The translations under genes and the position numbers were made by a program. The notes below the pieces were generated by a model, which saw only the letters and a list, made by a program, of their open reading frames with translations, made no database searches and was not told where the DNA came from. A DNA stretch of 64,000 bases from Felis catus (Eukaryota). The DNA lies in assembly GCF_018350175.1 (NCBI RefSeq), contig NC_058383.1:8434001-8498000 (forward strand), read 5' to 3'. Below are positions 35,665 to 49,204 of this stretch, piece after piece (position 1 is the stretch's first letter; every line of letters begins with the position of its first letter).

Positions 35665-36060
35665 CCGAGACATCAGTACCTCCTGGGAACTTGTTGGAAT
35701 TGCACGCTCTTGGGGCGCCTGGGTGGCGCAGTCGGTTGGGCGTCCGACTTCAGCCAGGTCACGATCTCGCGGTCCGTGAGTTCGAGCCCCGCGTCAGGCT
35801 CTGGGCTGATGGCTCAGAGCCTGGAGCCTGTTTCCGATTCTGTGTCTCCCTCTCTCTCTGCCCCTCCCCCGTTCATGCTCTGTCTCTCTCTGTCCCAAAA
35901 ATAAATAAACGTTGAAAAAAAAAATTAATAAAAAAAATAGAAATGCACATTCTTGGGCCCCATCCCGGCCTGCCGAATCGGAAGTGCTAGCGATGGGCCC
36001 ACCATCCTGCGTTTACCGAGCCCTCCGGGCGATGCTCTCTCGGTGTGAGATGCACCAGGG
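35665..36060 (+). mobile_element. MER5-like DNA transposon remnant split by a young feline SINE (35712-35938)
   Basis: catcagtacctcctgggaacttgttggaattgca...[SINE]...agaaatgcacattcttgggccccatccc. The TSD-like flanks are gaattgcacgctctt and gaaatgcacattctt. Orientation refers to the SINE. Confidence 0.75.
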
Positions 36061-36851
36061 CCGTAGATGCTGCAGATGCTGAGTCAGACACCCAGCTGGG
36101 AAGAGCGTGAAGGGAAAGAGGAGAAAGAGAACCAGGAACCCAGTACGCGAGCTCCTGTCCGAATAGCTCCCAAACCCTACCTCTGCCCTCCCCCAGGTCC
36201 TGCCGGGCTGCCGTGTCTAACCTGAAGCGTCTAGTCTTCCCAAGTGCCCTTCTCGTGATATTGTCAGACCCAGAGAACAGCTAATCGGTAAACTGGGTTC
36301 TGGGCCAGCCCTCCTGTCTACCCAGACCTTGGGCTACCCCCTCCAGACATTCTGGCGGCAGCCGGCAGGTCAGATCTGGGTCTGAGCAGAAGCCAGGCAG
36401 AGGGCTGGGGAGGCGGGAAGCCTCTAGAAGGAAGTAGCTGAATGGCTTGGTGATCTCCATACTGGCAGGAGCAGGGGTGCTTCGGGCTGCTGTCCCCTCC
36501 CCCAGCACCCATGTAGCCAACCTTCCCCCCTCACTCCCTTTGGTCCCTGCACGCCCTGCCCCATCTCTCAGACCCCGCAGCTCAGCTCAGGAACGGTATC
36601 CATTCATTCAGGATGCACCCCGGGTCACTGGGGACCTGGCGGTGCATCCTGGGCCCAGCCCAGAACAAGGCCAGGCTCCAGCACGAGCACGGCCTGGGGG
36701 TCATTCCCTGCATGAGTAACAGCACGCTGGTGGGCACACGGGACGGGCGACACCCATCTTCGGGGGCCAGAGGGGGCTTCCTGCAAGAAATAATGTGTCC
36801 TCAGAGGACTGGAAGACAGGCAGAGCTTGGCCAAAAAGAGGAGAAGAGAGA

Positions 36852-37039
36852 GGCGCCTGGGGGGCTCAGTCGGTTAAGACTCTGACTTCAGCTCAGGTCA
36901 TGATCTCGCGGTCCGTGAGTTCGAGCCCCGCGTCGGGCTCTGTGCTGCCGGCTCAGAGCCTGGAGCCTGCTTCGGATTCTGTCTCTGCCTCTCCCTTGCT
37001 CATGCTCTGTCCCTCTCTCTCTCTCAAAAACAAACAGAT

Positions 37040-37074
<35 letters not shown>
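36852..37074 (+). mobile_element. Feline SINE whose tail has become a (GATA)n microsatellite (~37040-37074)
   Basis: SINE body followed by atagatagat...; TSD-like flanks aaaaagaggagaagagag and aaaaagaggaggagagag. Confidence 0.9.
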
Positions 37075-37076
<2 letters not shown>

Positions 37077-38189
37077 AAAAGAGGAGGAGAGAGAGGATTC
37101 TCAGTCCAGAGATGAAAACTTCTGGCACCTTCTGTACCAGCGCATGGCCCGGTGCTGCTGGAGGGGGCACGGACGGTGACCGAGAGGTGGACTGGGTGGT
37201 TGGCGGGTCCTAATGAGCCGAGTCCTGGAGATAGCCCAGCGCACGGTAGGAAAAACAGTCACTGTCCCGAAGGTGATGAGAAGCCCCGGAGGTCTTTAGG
37301 CTGGAGCCGGAGTGGTTAGATGTGCCTTTTTAAAAGATCATGCTCACACTCCAACGTGGGGAAGGAGCCGGGGGGGGGGGGGGGGAGGCGGCCTAGGCCA
37401 GAAGAGAGGCTGGCGTTGAACTACGGGGGACATCACAGCAATTGCTGGGTGTTCACCAAAGCCACTTCCTCGTCTCCCGGGGCACGTGACTAAGTTTTCC
37501 AGAGCTCCTGGCAACGAGGTATAATCTTGCGGCTGCGTTCTGGCCCGATCCACGTGACGGGCGGTGATGGGCATGCTTCCAGGCCCCGTCCATCCACATC
37601 CCCCGTGCGCGGTTCTCTGCGCTCTCCCTCTTTCTGCCAGCGGAAGGTCGACACCCAGACTGACCTTGGAAGCCTCCGGTGGAAGACAGAGGGGCTGCCG
37701 TGATCCCGTGAATGAGGTGTCGGACGCGGGGCACGCGGAAGGAATGCCAGCTTGGAGCCGTTTCCCTGGGGGAAACGTCCAGCCTGTCCGTGAATGAAAC
37801 CGGCCAGGAAGAAGGAAGTCTCAGAAATAAGCCACGGCAGGGGTTTACTCGTTACAGCAGCTCACTGACCACCCTGACGAGTACAGGAAGGAAACGGAGC
37901 AGTGCAGCTGTGATAACAAACCAGAAACGTGACACGGGCTGAGGAATTGGGTGGCAGATGATAAGGAACTAGGCTTATCTGGTTGGGGGGCCGGGGAGCC
38001 CCATGAAATCACGACGGAACTCTGGGTCTGGGTAATATCTTATAGGTTGGGTCTGCGGTAACCCCTGTTATCAGAATGCGTGCCCTGTGCCCTCTGAGCC
38101 TGTATGTAGCTTTAGGGAAAGTGGCTGGAAAGAGGCAGTGTGACCTGTGTATGCCATGAATAAGACGTGGCAAGAAAGAGATGAGCTCA

Positions 38190-38419
38190 GGGGCGCCTGG
38201 GTGGCTCAGTCGGTTAAGCGGCCGACTTCGGCTCAGGTCATGATCTCGCGGTCCGTGAGTGTGAGCCCCGCGTCGGGCTCTGTGCTGACAGCTCGGAGCC
38301 TGGAGCCTGCTTCAGATTCTGTGTCTCCCTCTCTCTGACCCCCCCCCCGCCCCATTCATGCTCTGTCTCTCTCTGTCTCAAAAATAAATAAACGTTAAAA
38401 AAAATTTAAAAAAAAAAAA
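38190..38419 (+). mobile_element. Feline SINE with perfect TSD
   Basis: aagaaagagatgagctca at 38172-38189 and 38420-38437. Confidence 0.95.
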
Positions 38420-38680
38420 AAGAAAGAGATGAGCTCAGAAGAGACTGAACCAGTTCGCAAACACAAACAGAAGGGAAGCGAGAGAATCCAGAAACGTGGG
38501 GCTTTTGGGGGTTTGAAAAACCAACTATTTCTGGCTTTTCACTTTACATGTGTCAATAAAATTTACCCTGAAAAAAAAAATGCCACCAAGGAAGACGACC
38601 TAATTCAGGGGTTAGAAAATCATTTTAACAAAAACTCCAATTCACAAGTGCCAGGGGATTCGATAAGAAAACAAAAAAGA

Positions 38681-39379
38681 GGGGTGCCTGGGTGGCGCAG
38701 TCGGTTAAGCGTCCGACTTCAGCCAGGTCACGATCTCGCGGTCCGGGAGTTCGAGCCCCGCGTCAGGCTCTGGGCTGATGATGGCTCAGAGCCTGGAGCC
38801 TGTTTCCGATTCTGTGTCTCCCTCTCTCTCTGCCCCTCCCCCGTTCATACTCTGTCTCTCTCTGTCCCAAAAATAAATAAACGTTGAAAAAAAATTAAAA
38901 AAAAAAAAGAAAACAAAAAAGAATTGGAAGGAATTTAAAATGTTTTTGCACGGTGCCTGGGTGGCTCGGTCGCTCAGGTGTCTGACTTTGGTTCAGGTCA
39001 CGATCTCGCAGTTTGTGAGTTCAAGCCCCGCATTGGGCTCTGTGCTGACAGCTCAGAGCCTGGAGCCTGCTTCCGATTCTGTATCTCCTTCTCTCTCTGC
39101 CCCTCCCCCCCTTCAAAAATAAATAAACATCCAAAAAAATCTTCAATGTGTTTGGCAGACTTTTTATTTTTTATTTTATTTTTAAGTTTATTTACTTATT
39201 TTGAGAGAGAGAGAGAAAGAACCAGCAGGGGAGGGGCAGAGAGAGAGGAGGACACAGGATCTGAAGTGGGCTCCACGCTGACAGCAGAGAGCCCGATGCG
39301 GGGCTCAAACTCATGAACCGTGAGATCACGACCCGAACCAGAGCTGGACGCTCAACCAACAGAGCCACCCAGGTGCCCC
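38681..39379. mobile_element. Three SINEs: 38681-38908 (+, young, TSD aagaaaacaaaaaaga), 38952-39139 (+), 39160-39379 (-)
   Basis: SINE heads and tails are directly visible; the last two are tail-to-tail. Confidence 0.9.
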
Positions 39380-40213
39380 TGTGTTTGCTAGACTTTGTAA
39401 AATCTCATAAAAGTTACTGATGAGAAAGTAGGGGAAAAGAGAGACAGAAGATAAAAGGAAAGATGGGATGAAGGGGAATCAATGGCTGACACTGGGAACT
39501 AGAGTGTCTCCCAGTGTCTCCCAGAAGGAGAACTCAGAATACAAAGGGAATAAATTATCAAAGACACACCGAAGAGAAGTTTCCAGAACAGAGAGGCCAC
39601 AAGGCTTTGGACTGAGCATCCAGCACAGTGAAGGAATCTAAAGAAAAGACACAAAGACCCATCATGGAGACACCTCAGCAGACACACCCATGGTAAACAG
39701 ACGGCGCCAAACATTTCTGGCGGGCAGAAGCAGAAGTCACCTTCAGAGAAACTATCGGCCAACCAGCCACACCAGTCTCTTTCGCAGCACCGTCTACCAG
39801 AAGATAATAGAGCACTGCCTTCTATTTTCTGAGGGGAAGTGATTTTTAACCAAAAATTCTAGACCCAGTCAAACCAGCACTCAAACCAGAGGACCAGATT
39901 GTATTTTATGGGACATGCAAAGTCTCAGCTAGCCCACAGCTTACCCACTCTCCCTCCCCTCGCTCCCCCCGCATGAGGAAAAAAGTAAGTAAACTGAGAA
40001 AGAGGAAGAAATGGATGGTAAGCCACAGTGGTTCCAGCCCAAGGGGACAATGAAGGAAAGTTCTAGACTGGCAGTGTCCTGATCAGCAAAGAGGATGGGC
40101 ACTATTTACATAATCATAACAGGGGAAGCACTTTATTTATTTTCAGCTTCCATAGTCAGCCTATAACAGAGCAGAGAAGACTTAATTCAGGCTAAAGAAT
40201 GCACATATTTTCT

Positions 40214-40369
40214 GGGGCGCCTGGGTGGCTCGGTCGGTTAAGTATCTGACTCTTGATTCCAGCTCAGGTCATGGTTCGTGGGACTGAGCCCTACCTCGGG
40301 CTCCACACTGTCGTGGAGCCTGTTTGGGATTCTCTGTCTCCCTCTCTCTCTGCCCCTCTCCTGCTGGTG

Positions 40370-40415
<46 letters not shown>

Positions 40416-40430
40416 AATAAATAAACATTT
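40214..40430 (+). mobile_element. Can-SINE with expanded (CT)n
   Basis: TSD aatgcacatattttc on both sides; (CT)n at ~40373-40412. Confidence 0.9.
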
Positions 40431-41438
40431 TAAATGCACATATTTTCAAACGTGAGGGTGGAAACAGACACAAGACGGCTGTAGGGAGACCAGAGGGGGG
40501 AAGACAGCCAGCATTAATGGGAGAAAGGTCCATAGCCTTATCGTATGCAGCAGGCTGTCAATAATTGCGGAAACAAAGTCTGAAGATAAATAATAACTAT
40601 AAATGGGGGGATAGCTAACTGGGAGGAGAGGTGGGGCTGAAAGGGGGAGAAATAAGTTAGATCTTCAGGTCTCCGAGCAACAGGTCACACGATACCTACA
40701 ACTGATAAATCCCAGCGTAGGAGACACGTCCTCCTTATCGGGGGCTCGGCATCGCGGCGCCTCTCCCTTGTTTGGGGAACCCTCCTCCACCCATAGAAAG
40801 GGGGAAAGGCCAAATCCTCCTTCCCAGCCCTTCCTTGCAGCCAGGCTCAGGTTCGGCCGCCGGCCCGGCTCGGCGGATCAGATGCGCTCGGCTGGACTGT
40901 GATTCCAAAGTCACGAGACAGAGGAGATGCCACCCGGCTTCCACCCTGGAGAAGCCAGAGCCGGCTGGGGGCGGCCACCCCGGCTTCTAGAAGCGGCAGG
41001 GAGCACAGAGCAACGTCCAGCATCCGGGGTGCTGGATACACAGCACCCAGGGCCCGGAGCGGTCTTCACTGGGCCAACGCCGAGGCATGAATCGGGGGTT
41101 CCCCCCAGCCCCCCAGATCTCCAGTCTCCTATTGGTGGGACCTCCCAGTAAGCTACTAATAAGTGCTCTTTCTATTTAAGTTACCCAGAGCTGGTTTCTA
41201 TCGCCTCCAACTCAAAATGCCGATGGATAAGAGCAGTATGAGCTTGTTCTTAGAGATCAGAAGGTAATCTCCAGGTAGAAGTAAGGAGGAAGTGGTTACA
41301 CATACAGGGTAACTGAGGATGGGGGGCTGGGCGGGGGTGGGGGGTAGGACTTGCTGCTTTATCCTCATCCAAGCCTCTCTATGTGATCTTTTTCTTCATG
41401 TGCATTCATTCATCTGATGACAATTTCATTTATATATC

Positions 41439-41441
<3 letters not shown>

Positions 41442-41477
<36 letters not shown>

Positions 41478-41760
41478 GTGTGAGGGGCGGGGGGGAGAGA
41501 GGGAACAAGCAGAGAGAGAGGGAGACAGAGGTACAGAGGTTCCGAAGCAGGCTCCAGGTTCCGCGCTGACGGCAGAGAGACTGGGCTTGAATCCATGAAT
41601 CCGTGACCCATGAGATCGTGACCTGAGGCAAAGTCAGACACCTAACCTACTGAGCCACCCAGGCACCTATATATATATTTTCTTCTCCTTCTTCTCCTTC
41701 TCCTTCTCCTTCTCCTTCTCCTTCTCCTTCTCCTTCTCCTTCTTCTTCTTCCTCTTCTTT
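41442..41760. repeat. (TG)n microsatellite, minus-strand SINE (41481-41667) and (CTCCTT)n tract
   Basis: tgtgtg... at 41442-41481; ctccttctcctt... at ~41681-41760. Confidence 0.9.
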
Positions 41761-42486
41761 TTAATTTTCAGGATCAAGTTCTAGTTGATGATAACTCTCA
41801 GGTTGTGACGGTTGAGGGGGACGTGGCTGAGTGGTACGGACAGGAAGTGCCGGCAGGAATGTGGCATAGGTGACCCACCGGGCACACAGGCCACCAGGCT
41901 GGTGGCGTGAGAGAAAGTCTGAGTGGGGGCCTGATGTCTTCCCTGAATGAGAGGTGAGACCAGGCTCTGTACTTGGCCCACTGCCCAAGCTCATCCCCCT
42001 GGCCACCTGCTGGTCCGTCCTGCCTCATTCCCATACCCGCCCAAATCCTGAGAGAAGTCCGTAAGCACCCCCTGCCTGGCCCTCACAACATCCCACACCG
42101 GTATGTGCACAGGAGGGAATGGGTTTACTTTTCAGACAGCCCAGCAGTGATGTAGGGAAGGAACAGAGAAACTAAATACATTTTCCCAGAAGCAGAGGAT
42201 TTTGCACGGGAGGACGGAGGACAGGGCTACCGTTGGCAAACATCTGCAGCATATCCAAGGAGGAGAGGTAGACTGGCTGTGGTCGGGGACCTCAGTTGCT
42301 GAGCCATCGGCAACAGGTGGATGCCAAAGGCAGTTGGACTTGGGTTCCAATAAGTCCACTTGAAGGAGTGAGTTCCCCATCACAGGAGGTATGTAAGTAG
42401 AGGCCACACATCTACTCAGAAAGCTCATACCCATGCATGGGATGGGCATCTCCTCCAGTGCCAAAACTCTAAGAAAGGGACCAGAA

Positions 42487-42530
42487 GGAGGAGGAGGAGG
42501 AGGAGGAGGAGGAGGAAGAGGAGGAGGAGA
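42487..42530 (+). repeat. (GGA)n trinucleotide repeat
   Basis: aggaggaggagg... Confidence 0.9.
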
Positions 42531-42889
42531 GCAGGGGGAGGGTGGGGAGAGCGAAACAGGCCCAAGGCAAGAGAGGAGATGTCACAATAGCAGCTGACAG
42601 AACAGCAGCTCAAGATGGAAACATGCCTTTATTTGTGAGGAATTTGTTTCAGCAAATGAGAGACAGTGATGATGCTCAGGCTGTCTCCTGAAATGAGTAC
42701 CATCTGGGGAAAAAAAAAGTCTAAATTCAACAGGACTGATTTTTTTTTTCCCACTAATGAACTAAAGCCAAGTTTTGTGCCTGTCCTGATGCATCTTTCC
42801 AGAAAGAAGCTCTTTAGTCCCGCGAGAGGGGCCACCTTTCTGGCCAGATAAAGGAGAAGTCCCAGGTCAGAAGCTCTTTGTAAAACAAT

Positions 42890-44661
42890 GTTTATTGTGA
42901 AATACATTGTTCCAAATTTCACGTTCATTATCCCCTTGCTTTTCTCTTTAAAACCACCCACATCTGTATCCCTAAGTGATATATTGTTCCCTTTGCTTCT
43001 CTGTGACCTTAAGATAAATGGAGACCATCCTGGATACGCTCTTCTATGACTTTCTTCTTGTGCTAAATACCCTTTGGAGGTTGATTTACATTGATGCGTG
43101 TGGCTGTCTTTAATTTGTTTTTATTCTCAATAGCATTCTACCCCATGAACATGGATTATTATTTTTTTATTAACCGTGGATTGAGAAGTTTTTCTGCTTA
43201 AATTTCCAAATGTATACTGTCTTTCGAGTTATCTATTTCCCATTGATTTCGAAATTAATTTCACTGTGGTCCTAAAATACAGTCTTATGGAACACATCCT
43301 TTGAAAGTTGTTGAAGCTAGCTTTATGAATGAATGTGGTCATTTCTCATAAGTGTATGTGCGCCCTTGGGGGGAAAAAAAATATTCTCCCATCGTTGGGT
43401 ACAATGTTCTCTGTATGGCTGCTTTAAGTTTGTGATATGTACTATTAAATCTTTTAAGTGCTTTCTTATTTTTATCCACTTGATTTATAAGTTATTGTAA
43501 CCATTAAGTTTAACTGTTCCATTATAATATTGGACTTTCATATCTCCTTTTATATCTGTCAATTCTTGCTTTAAATACCTTAGGCTATGAGGGGCTCCTG
43601 GGTGGCTCAATCGGTTAAGCATCCAACTTTGGCTCAGGTCATGATCTCACGGTTCATGTGTTCGGAGCCCCGTGTCAGGCTCTGTGCTGACATCTCAGAG
43701 CCTGGAGCCTGCCTCCCATTCTGTGTTTTCCTCTCTCTCTGCCCTCCCCCGCTGCGCGCTCTCTCTCTCCCCCCCCCCCCCCCCCGTCTGAAAAATAAAT
43801 AACCATTTAAAAAATATCTTAGGCTGTGTGATTAAGGTATAAAATATTCAAATTGTCTATCTTCCTATTGAATTAATTCTTTTTTATTTCCCATTGACCT
43901 TCTTTATCTCTGATAATGCTTTTGGCCTGAATTACAGTCTATTTTTTTTCTTTCTTTCGGACATTAATATAGTTATCCTATTTTTCTTTTCTTATTTTTT
44001 TCATTTTCCTAGAACATATCTTTTTTCCTTTGATATTCCATCTTTCCACATCCTTAATGTTTTTCTGTGTGTGTGTATGTGCGTGTGTATATATCCCTTG
44101 TAAACAGTATATTGTTGGATTCTCATTTAATGTTCTTTGACAGTCTTTGCCTTTTAACTAGAGAGTTTAGCTCATTTATATTTTAGTGATTGGTGATCAG
44201 TTTGGAAGGTTCTATCTTTTTACTTTTTATTTATTACTTATTTTTTAAATTTTTAATAGATTTTGTTTAAAGTTTATTGATTCTGAAAGAGAGAGAGAGA
44301 GAAAGAGCGAGCAGGGGAGGAGCAGAGAGAGAGAGAGGGAGAGAGAGAATCCCAAGCAGCTTCTGCACTGTCAGCACAGAGCCTGATGCGGGGCTCAAAT
44401 TCATAAACCACGAGATCATGACCTGAGCCAAAATCAAGAGTCAGATGCTTAACTGACTGAGCCACCCAGGCTTCCCTTTATTTATTTTTTAAATGCTTAT
44501 TTATTTTGAGAGAGAGAGAATGGAGGAGGGGCAGAGAGAGAGGGAGAGAGAGAGGGAGAGAGAGAATCCCAAGCAGACTCCGTCTCACAAACCATTGAAG
44601 TCATGACCTGAGCTGAGGTCAAGAGTCAGATGCTTAATTGACTAAGCCACCCAGGAGCCCC
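42890..44661. mobile_element. AT-rich old L1 remnant (minus) with SINE insertions at 43591-43814 (+), ~44262-44476 (-) and ~44478-44661 (-)
   Basis: Abrupt AT-rich, T-skewed block with reverse L1-like phrases (tattctcccatcgttgggtacaatgttct, tgacagtctttgccttttaactagagagtttagctcattta). The first SINE has a TSD-like aaataccttaggct / aaatatcttaggct. Confidence 0.75.
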
Positions 44662-45374
44662 TTATTTTTTTATTTTTATTTTAAAAAAATTTTTTTAAAG
44701 ATTAAATGAAGCCCAGAAGGGTTAAGTGGCTCGCCTGGGGCTGCCCCATTAGCAGGTGCCAACCTTGGGATTCAAACCCGTGCCATTGGCCCCAGGGTCA
44801 GAGCGTGCACTAGGCTGAATGGCCCCTGCCCTCTCCAGCCTCTGGGGATCTCCATCTGAGAGCTGAAACAAGAAGACAGGGCGTGGCCTCGTTCAACCTC
44901 CGCAGGGGACATGCGCATTGGGCAAATAGAAATTGTCACCACCCTGCAGAGATTCACGATAACAGTGAAAGCACCGTGAGCGTCGATGGCACATTCGGAT
45001 TACAGATAAACTTTAGCGAGCGGGTGAATTCACAAATCCGGCATCCGCAAAAACGCAGCTGGACGGTATATAACCTTCTTTTATTCTCTGCCACACAATC
45101 GACTCAATAATTATTTGCCCAGTTCTTTATAAGCGCATTTCTGGGGGTGGCAATGCTTGGGCAAAATGGCCGATGTGTCCGTGCTTCAGAATATTCATGT
45201 ACATAATAGAATAATACCGGTTCAGAGGACCTCATGGGATCACGTCCAAGGGCTCAGCAAATAATGAAGGGGTTACGTCTTGCATCCTTATATTGGCACT
45301 GAACCCACACGTGCAGTGACTGCCGGGCCCCAGGCACCATTTCCAGTTAATCTCACAGAATTAACGTTTATGTA

Positions 45375-45605
45375 GGGGCACCTGGGTGGCTCAGTTAGTT
45401 AAGTGTCCGACTCTGGCTCAGGTCACCATCTCTCGGTTTGTGAGTTCGAGCCCCACGTCGGGCTCTGTGCTGACAGCTCGGAGCCTGGAGCCTGCTTCGG
45501 ATTCTGTGTCTCCTTCTCTCTCTCTCTCTGCCCCTCCCCAACTCGTGCTGTCTCTCTCTGTCTTTCAAAAATAAATACATGTTTCAAAAAATGTATTAAA
45601 AAAAG
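45375..45605 (+). mobile_element. Feline SINE
   Basis: ggggcacctgggtggctcagttagtt head, CT body, A tail. Confidence 0.9.
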
Positions 45606-48600
45606 AAGAAAGTTCACGTAGCCAGGAAATGTCCCAGAAACTGTCTGACCTCACTCCACTTCTCTTGCTGGCCGTTTAATAAACCTTGATTGCACCCTGG
45701 CTATGAGTCCAACGCAGAGGGCTGCTTGACAACGGAACGCTAGCGCTAACTCAAGAGATAATCAAGAGTCAGATCCAGACCTCAGAAGATCGTCCAAAGG
45801 AAAGACCCGGCCACAGAAACCAAGAGTCATCCGTCCGCCCCAGTTACCCAGGAGGAGCTGAAAAAGCCGTGTGTGCACCCAGACAGCACCGAGGCCCTCA
45901 GGGAGAGCCTGTCCGCCCCGCTGAGGAGCCGCCAGCGAAGGCGAGGAGGGTGCAGGGTCCCAGAGGACAAGCTGAGAACGCGCTTCTGGAGGACAGAGGT
46001 CAGTTGTGCTAAAAGCCACTGGGAAGTCCCGGATGATGTAGACTGGGAACCAGGCAGCCATCTCTTGTCATCCCTCCGGACGTGGCTTCAGAGGAGCAAG
46101 CGTCTGGCCGGGGGCCGCGTGGGGAGGGGGCGCCAGAGGCAAGGTTGAAATGGCAGTGGTTGCCTCCAAGCTGAGAGAGCTCCTCTCCTGACACCCCCGG
46201 CAGGCTCTGGGCAGGAGCCCCGTGCGCTTTGTCAAATGGCTCTGAGCTGGTCCGTCACAGGGAGCGAGCACTTCCTGACCAGTCACTGCCGACGAGCCCG
46301 GTTCTAAGGGCTTGGCCCGTGTGGGCTCATGCTCCTCACTGGAGTTCCAGAACATTCCACAAGGTGACATTGGGCGGGGTGTTGACATTGCCTTTTTTGA
46401 AAGAGAGTCTCAGAGTCCCGCCTCACACCCATTTCACAGCTGAGGAAACTGAGGCGCGCGAGCGTCGTAACTCGTGCGGTGAGTTTCATCACGCAGTATG
46501 AGTCCCCCACAGAGCTGGACCCAGGCAGTCTGGCTGCAGAGCCTGCCCTCGTTACCCCAAGTCTCAGCCACGACGCGCTCCTCAGTTTGTCCTTCCTGGG
46601 TCAAAATCTTCAGGAATTCAGCTGCTGCCCTGCCCAGTCCATTCCTTAAGGCCCCGCTCCGGCCACCATCTGAACCGTCCCAGGACTGCATAGGGAAGGG
46701 GAAGGTGCCGGAGACAGAGAAGAAATTGCGTTTGCCTGAACCGATCCTAGGGGCTGTTTGCGAAAGGGCACCCACCCCCTCCCCAACCCTGGCATTGACG
46801 GAGCACTCTGCTGGGTTCATTCACCTTCCCCCTAAGATTGCATTGGAAGCAAGGGTTGCTAAGGCAGGAGACAAGCCAAACATTTGAAAACCAAAGGCCT
46901 CAAATTCACTGGTTTTGAAACCTGAACGTGATGAGAATCTCCTCGTTAACCTGCCCATGGACGGGACCCGGGGACCGGCTGTATAAGAGGCCCAGGAGGT
47001 TCTGGGGAGGCTGGCGGCCGACCCAAGCGTTGAGAACATCCTCCTACCCAGTGGCCTTGTAGCTGGCGGTCCCTCGGTTCTGCTGGGCTCCCCATCCTGG
47101 CCCTGCCGGGAAACCCCCCCCCATCTGGTCCGGTCATCGGTCCACACCCAGGCCTTGGAGTCCTGGGGTGTCGGCTGCCCCCTAGGAACACACACACCGC
47201 CACCATCGCCAGCTCTGGCCAGCCTGGCCCCGAGCTCTGTGCAAATGCTTCTCATTAGCAACTAGAAAGCCTGGGGAAGGAGGTGGGGGGGCGGCCCCAC
47301 CAGCTCCCGGGCCTAGCAGGGGCTGACAGAGGCTGTAACGGCAGCCAACCCACAGCCAACCCCAACTGCCTTCCAGCAATCCGTCATTATCCCTTCCCTG
47401 GCCCGGTAATTCCATTGTTAATTAAAATCCTGCAGCCTTTAATAACACGGCTCATAATTGCTGTTTCACCAGCCCCGGATTGGCTGTGCAGGCTTGGGGG
47501 GGACCCGGGGCTTAGTTTCTCGGGCTTGGCTTTGACGACGCTCTCTGGTTATAAATTCCCCCACTCGCCCTCAGCCCGGAGTCCCCCGTGGGCCTCACGG
47601 TGGGGCGGCCCCAGTGTCCCCCACCCTGGGGGCCGCCCCAGCACCTCCTCGACGTCACCAAGGAAGGAGACGGGCTCTCCACCCCCGGAGATGGGACCCC
47701 AAGGACCCTCAGCAACACAGCCCCGACAGAGGCGGGCTCCCACACACACAGCTGGCCCGTGGAGGCTCTGACCCTGTCCGCACGTGGCCATGCTCTTGCA
47801 TATCCACATCCTTCCCCTCCGCCCCCACCTGCCCACACGCACCCCAGCCCCTGCTGCTCTCCCTCGGCCACCCAGAGGCTCCTGAAAGTCCGAGGGATTA
47901 TCCCCCAACGGCCGGCCGGCCGGGAAGGTGACTGCATGGCCCTCTCTGAGGCGAGCCCCACCCCTGTACCCCCTCGGGCCGGACCCCGTACTGGGGCAGC
48001 CTGTGCCCCCGAGAGCCGAGTGTGGGGCTCTGGAGGCCCAGCGGCAGCCCTGAGGTTGGCTGAGGTCTGGCTGCAAGGCCAGTTCTCCCTCTGAGCCCCG
48101 CTGCTGCCCTTCCCTCTTAGGCACTGATCCAGGGAGCAACCCCATTAACCTTCCGGCACAAAGTCTCCAGCCCGAGTCCGCTTTCTGGGGACCTGACCTT
48201 CCAGAGTCACCCGTCGCTTTGGAATCCCAGGTCCTGCTCCCTTCCCTCTGCCCGCCCCACCCCCCCACTCACTCCAGGGGCCCCAGACCCTCCCCACCAC
48301 TGCCCGTTCCCCAAGCTCATGACTCAGCTCATGCTCCTTGTTCTCTGCTCCTTCCGAATGGAGAACACAGTCCACTCAAGCTATAAATAAACCCAGGTGC
48401 CCGTCCCCCCCCACCCCCCCTCCACCCCCCCGCTGAAAGTCACTGGAGGCCAAGGACTCCTTCTGTGTCCTTCAGGCCTGTGAGGTCGGCCGTGTCAAGC
48501 CCATTTCGTGCGCTCAGATCATAGCTGCCTCCGCCAGCCTCCTAAAAGTCCCCTCCCCAACCCGGCGCACTCGCTGCTGGCCCTTTGTGAGAAAACCAGT

Positions 48601-48860
48601 CCCTCAAATCCCTCAGCGATGCCTCGGTGGGAGACTCACGTCCACAGAGGGCCGCTTTCACTCCTTACGCTGTCATTCGCTCACTCACTCAGTCAACAAA
48701 CGCGTTTGGAGCACCTGTCTTGTACCAGGCACTGTGTTTGGTCTGGGGACACCTTGGAGGAGAAGATGTACAAAGTCCCTCCCCTCACGGAACTAAAATT
48801 CTACGGAGGGAGGCACGAAATAAGCAAGATACGTTAAGTAACGTAAAAATATAACAGGCT

Positions 48861-48927
48861 AGGGGCGCCTGGGAGGCTCAGTCTGTTGAGCGTCTGACTT
48901 TGACTCGGATCATGATCTCACAGTTTG
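48861..48927 (+). mobile_element. SINE head only (3' part missing)
   Basis: ggggcgcctgggaggctcagtctgttgagcgtctgactttgactcggatcatgatctcacagtttgt, then unrelated sequence. Confidence 0.8.
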
Positions 48928-49204
48928 TCTTGTTCGAAGCTGGGGCCAAGAGAGGGGGCCTCTCCATGGGCAGCAGGGTCACAGATCCCTCCCGGCTTTG
49001 TGTCTCTCTGCCCCATTCTTCAAGTACCCAGTTCCCGGAGCTCTCCCCGCCCCCCCCCCCCCCCCGTATGGAGGCCACCTTGAGCACCAGCAGGAGGCAG
49101 TGTGGAGCAGAGAGGAACAAGGGCTCTGGGGTCAGGCTGACCTGGGATCGCTCCTAACACTGTGTCATTTTGGGTAAGTTACAGAGCCTCTCTGAGCCCC
49201 ACTG

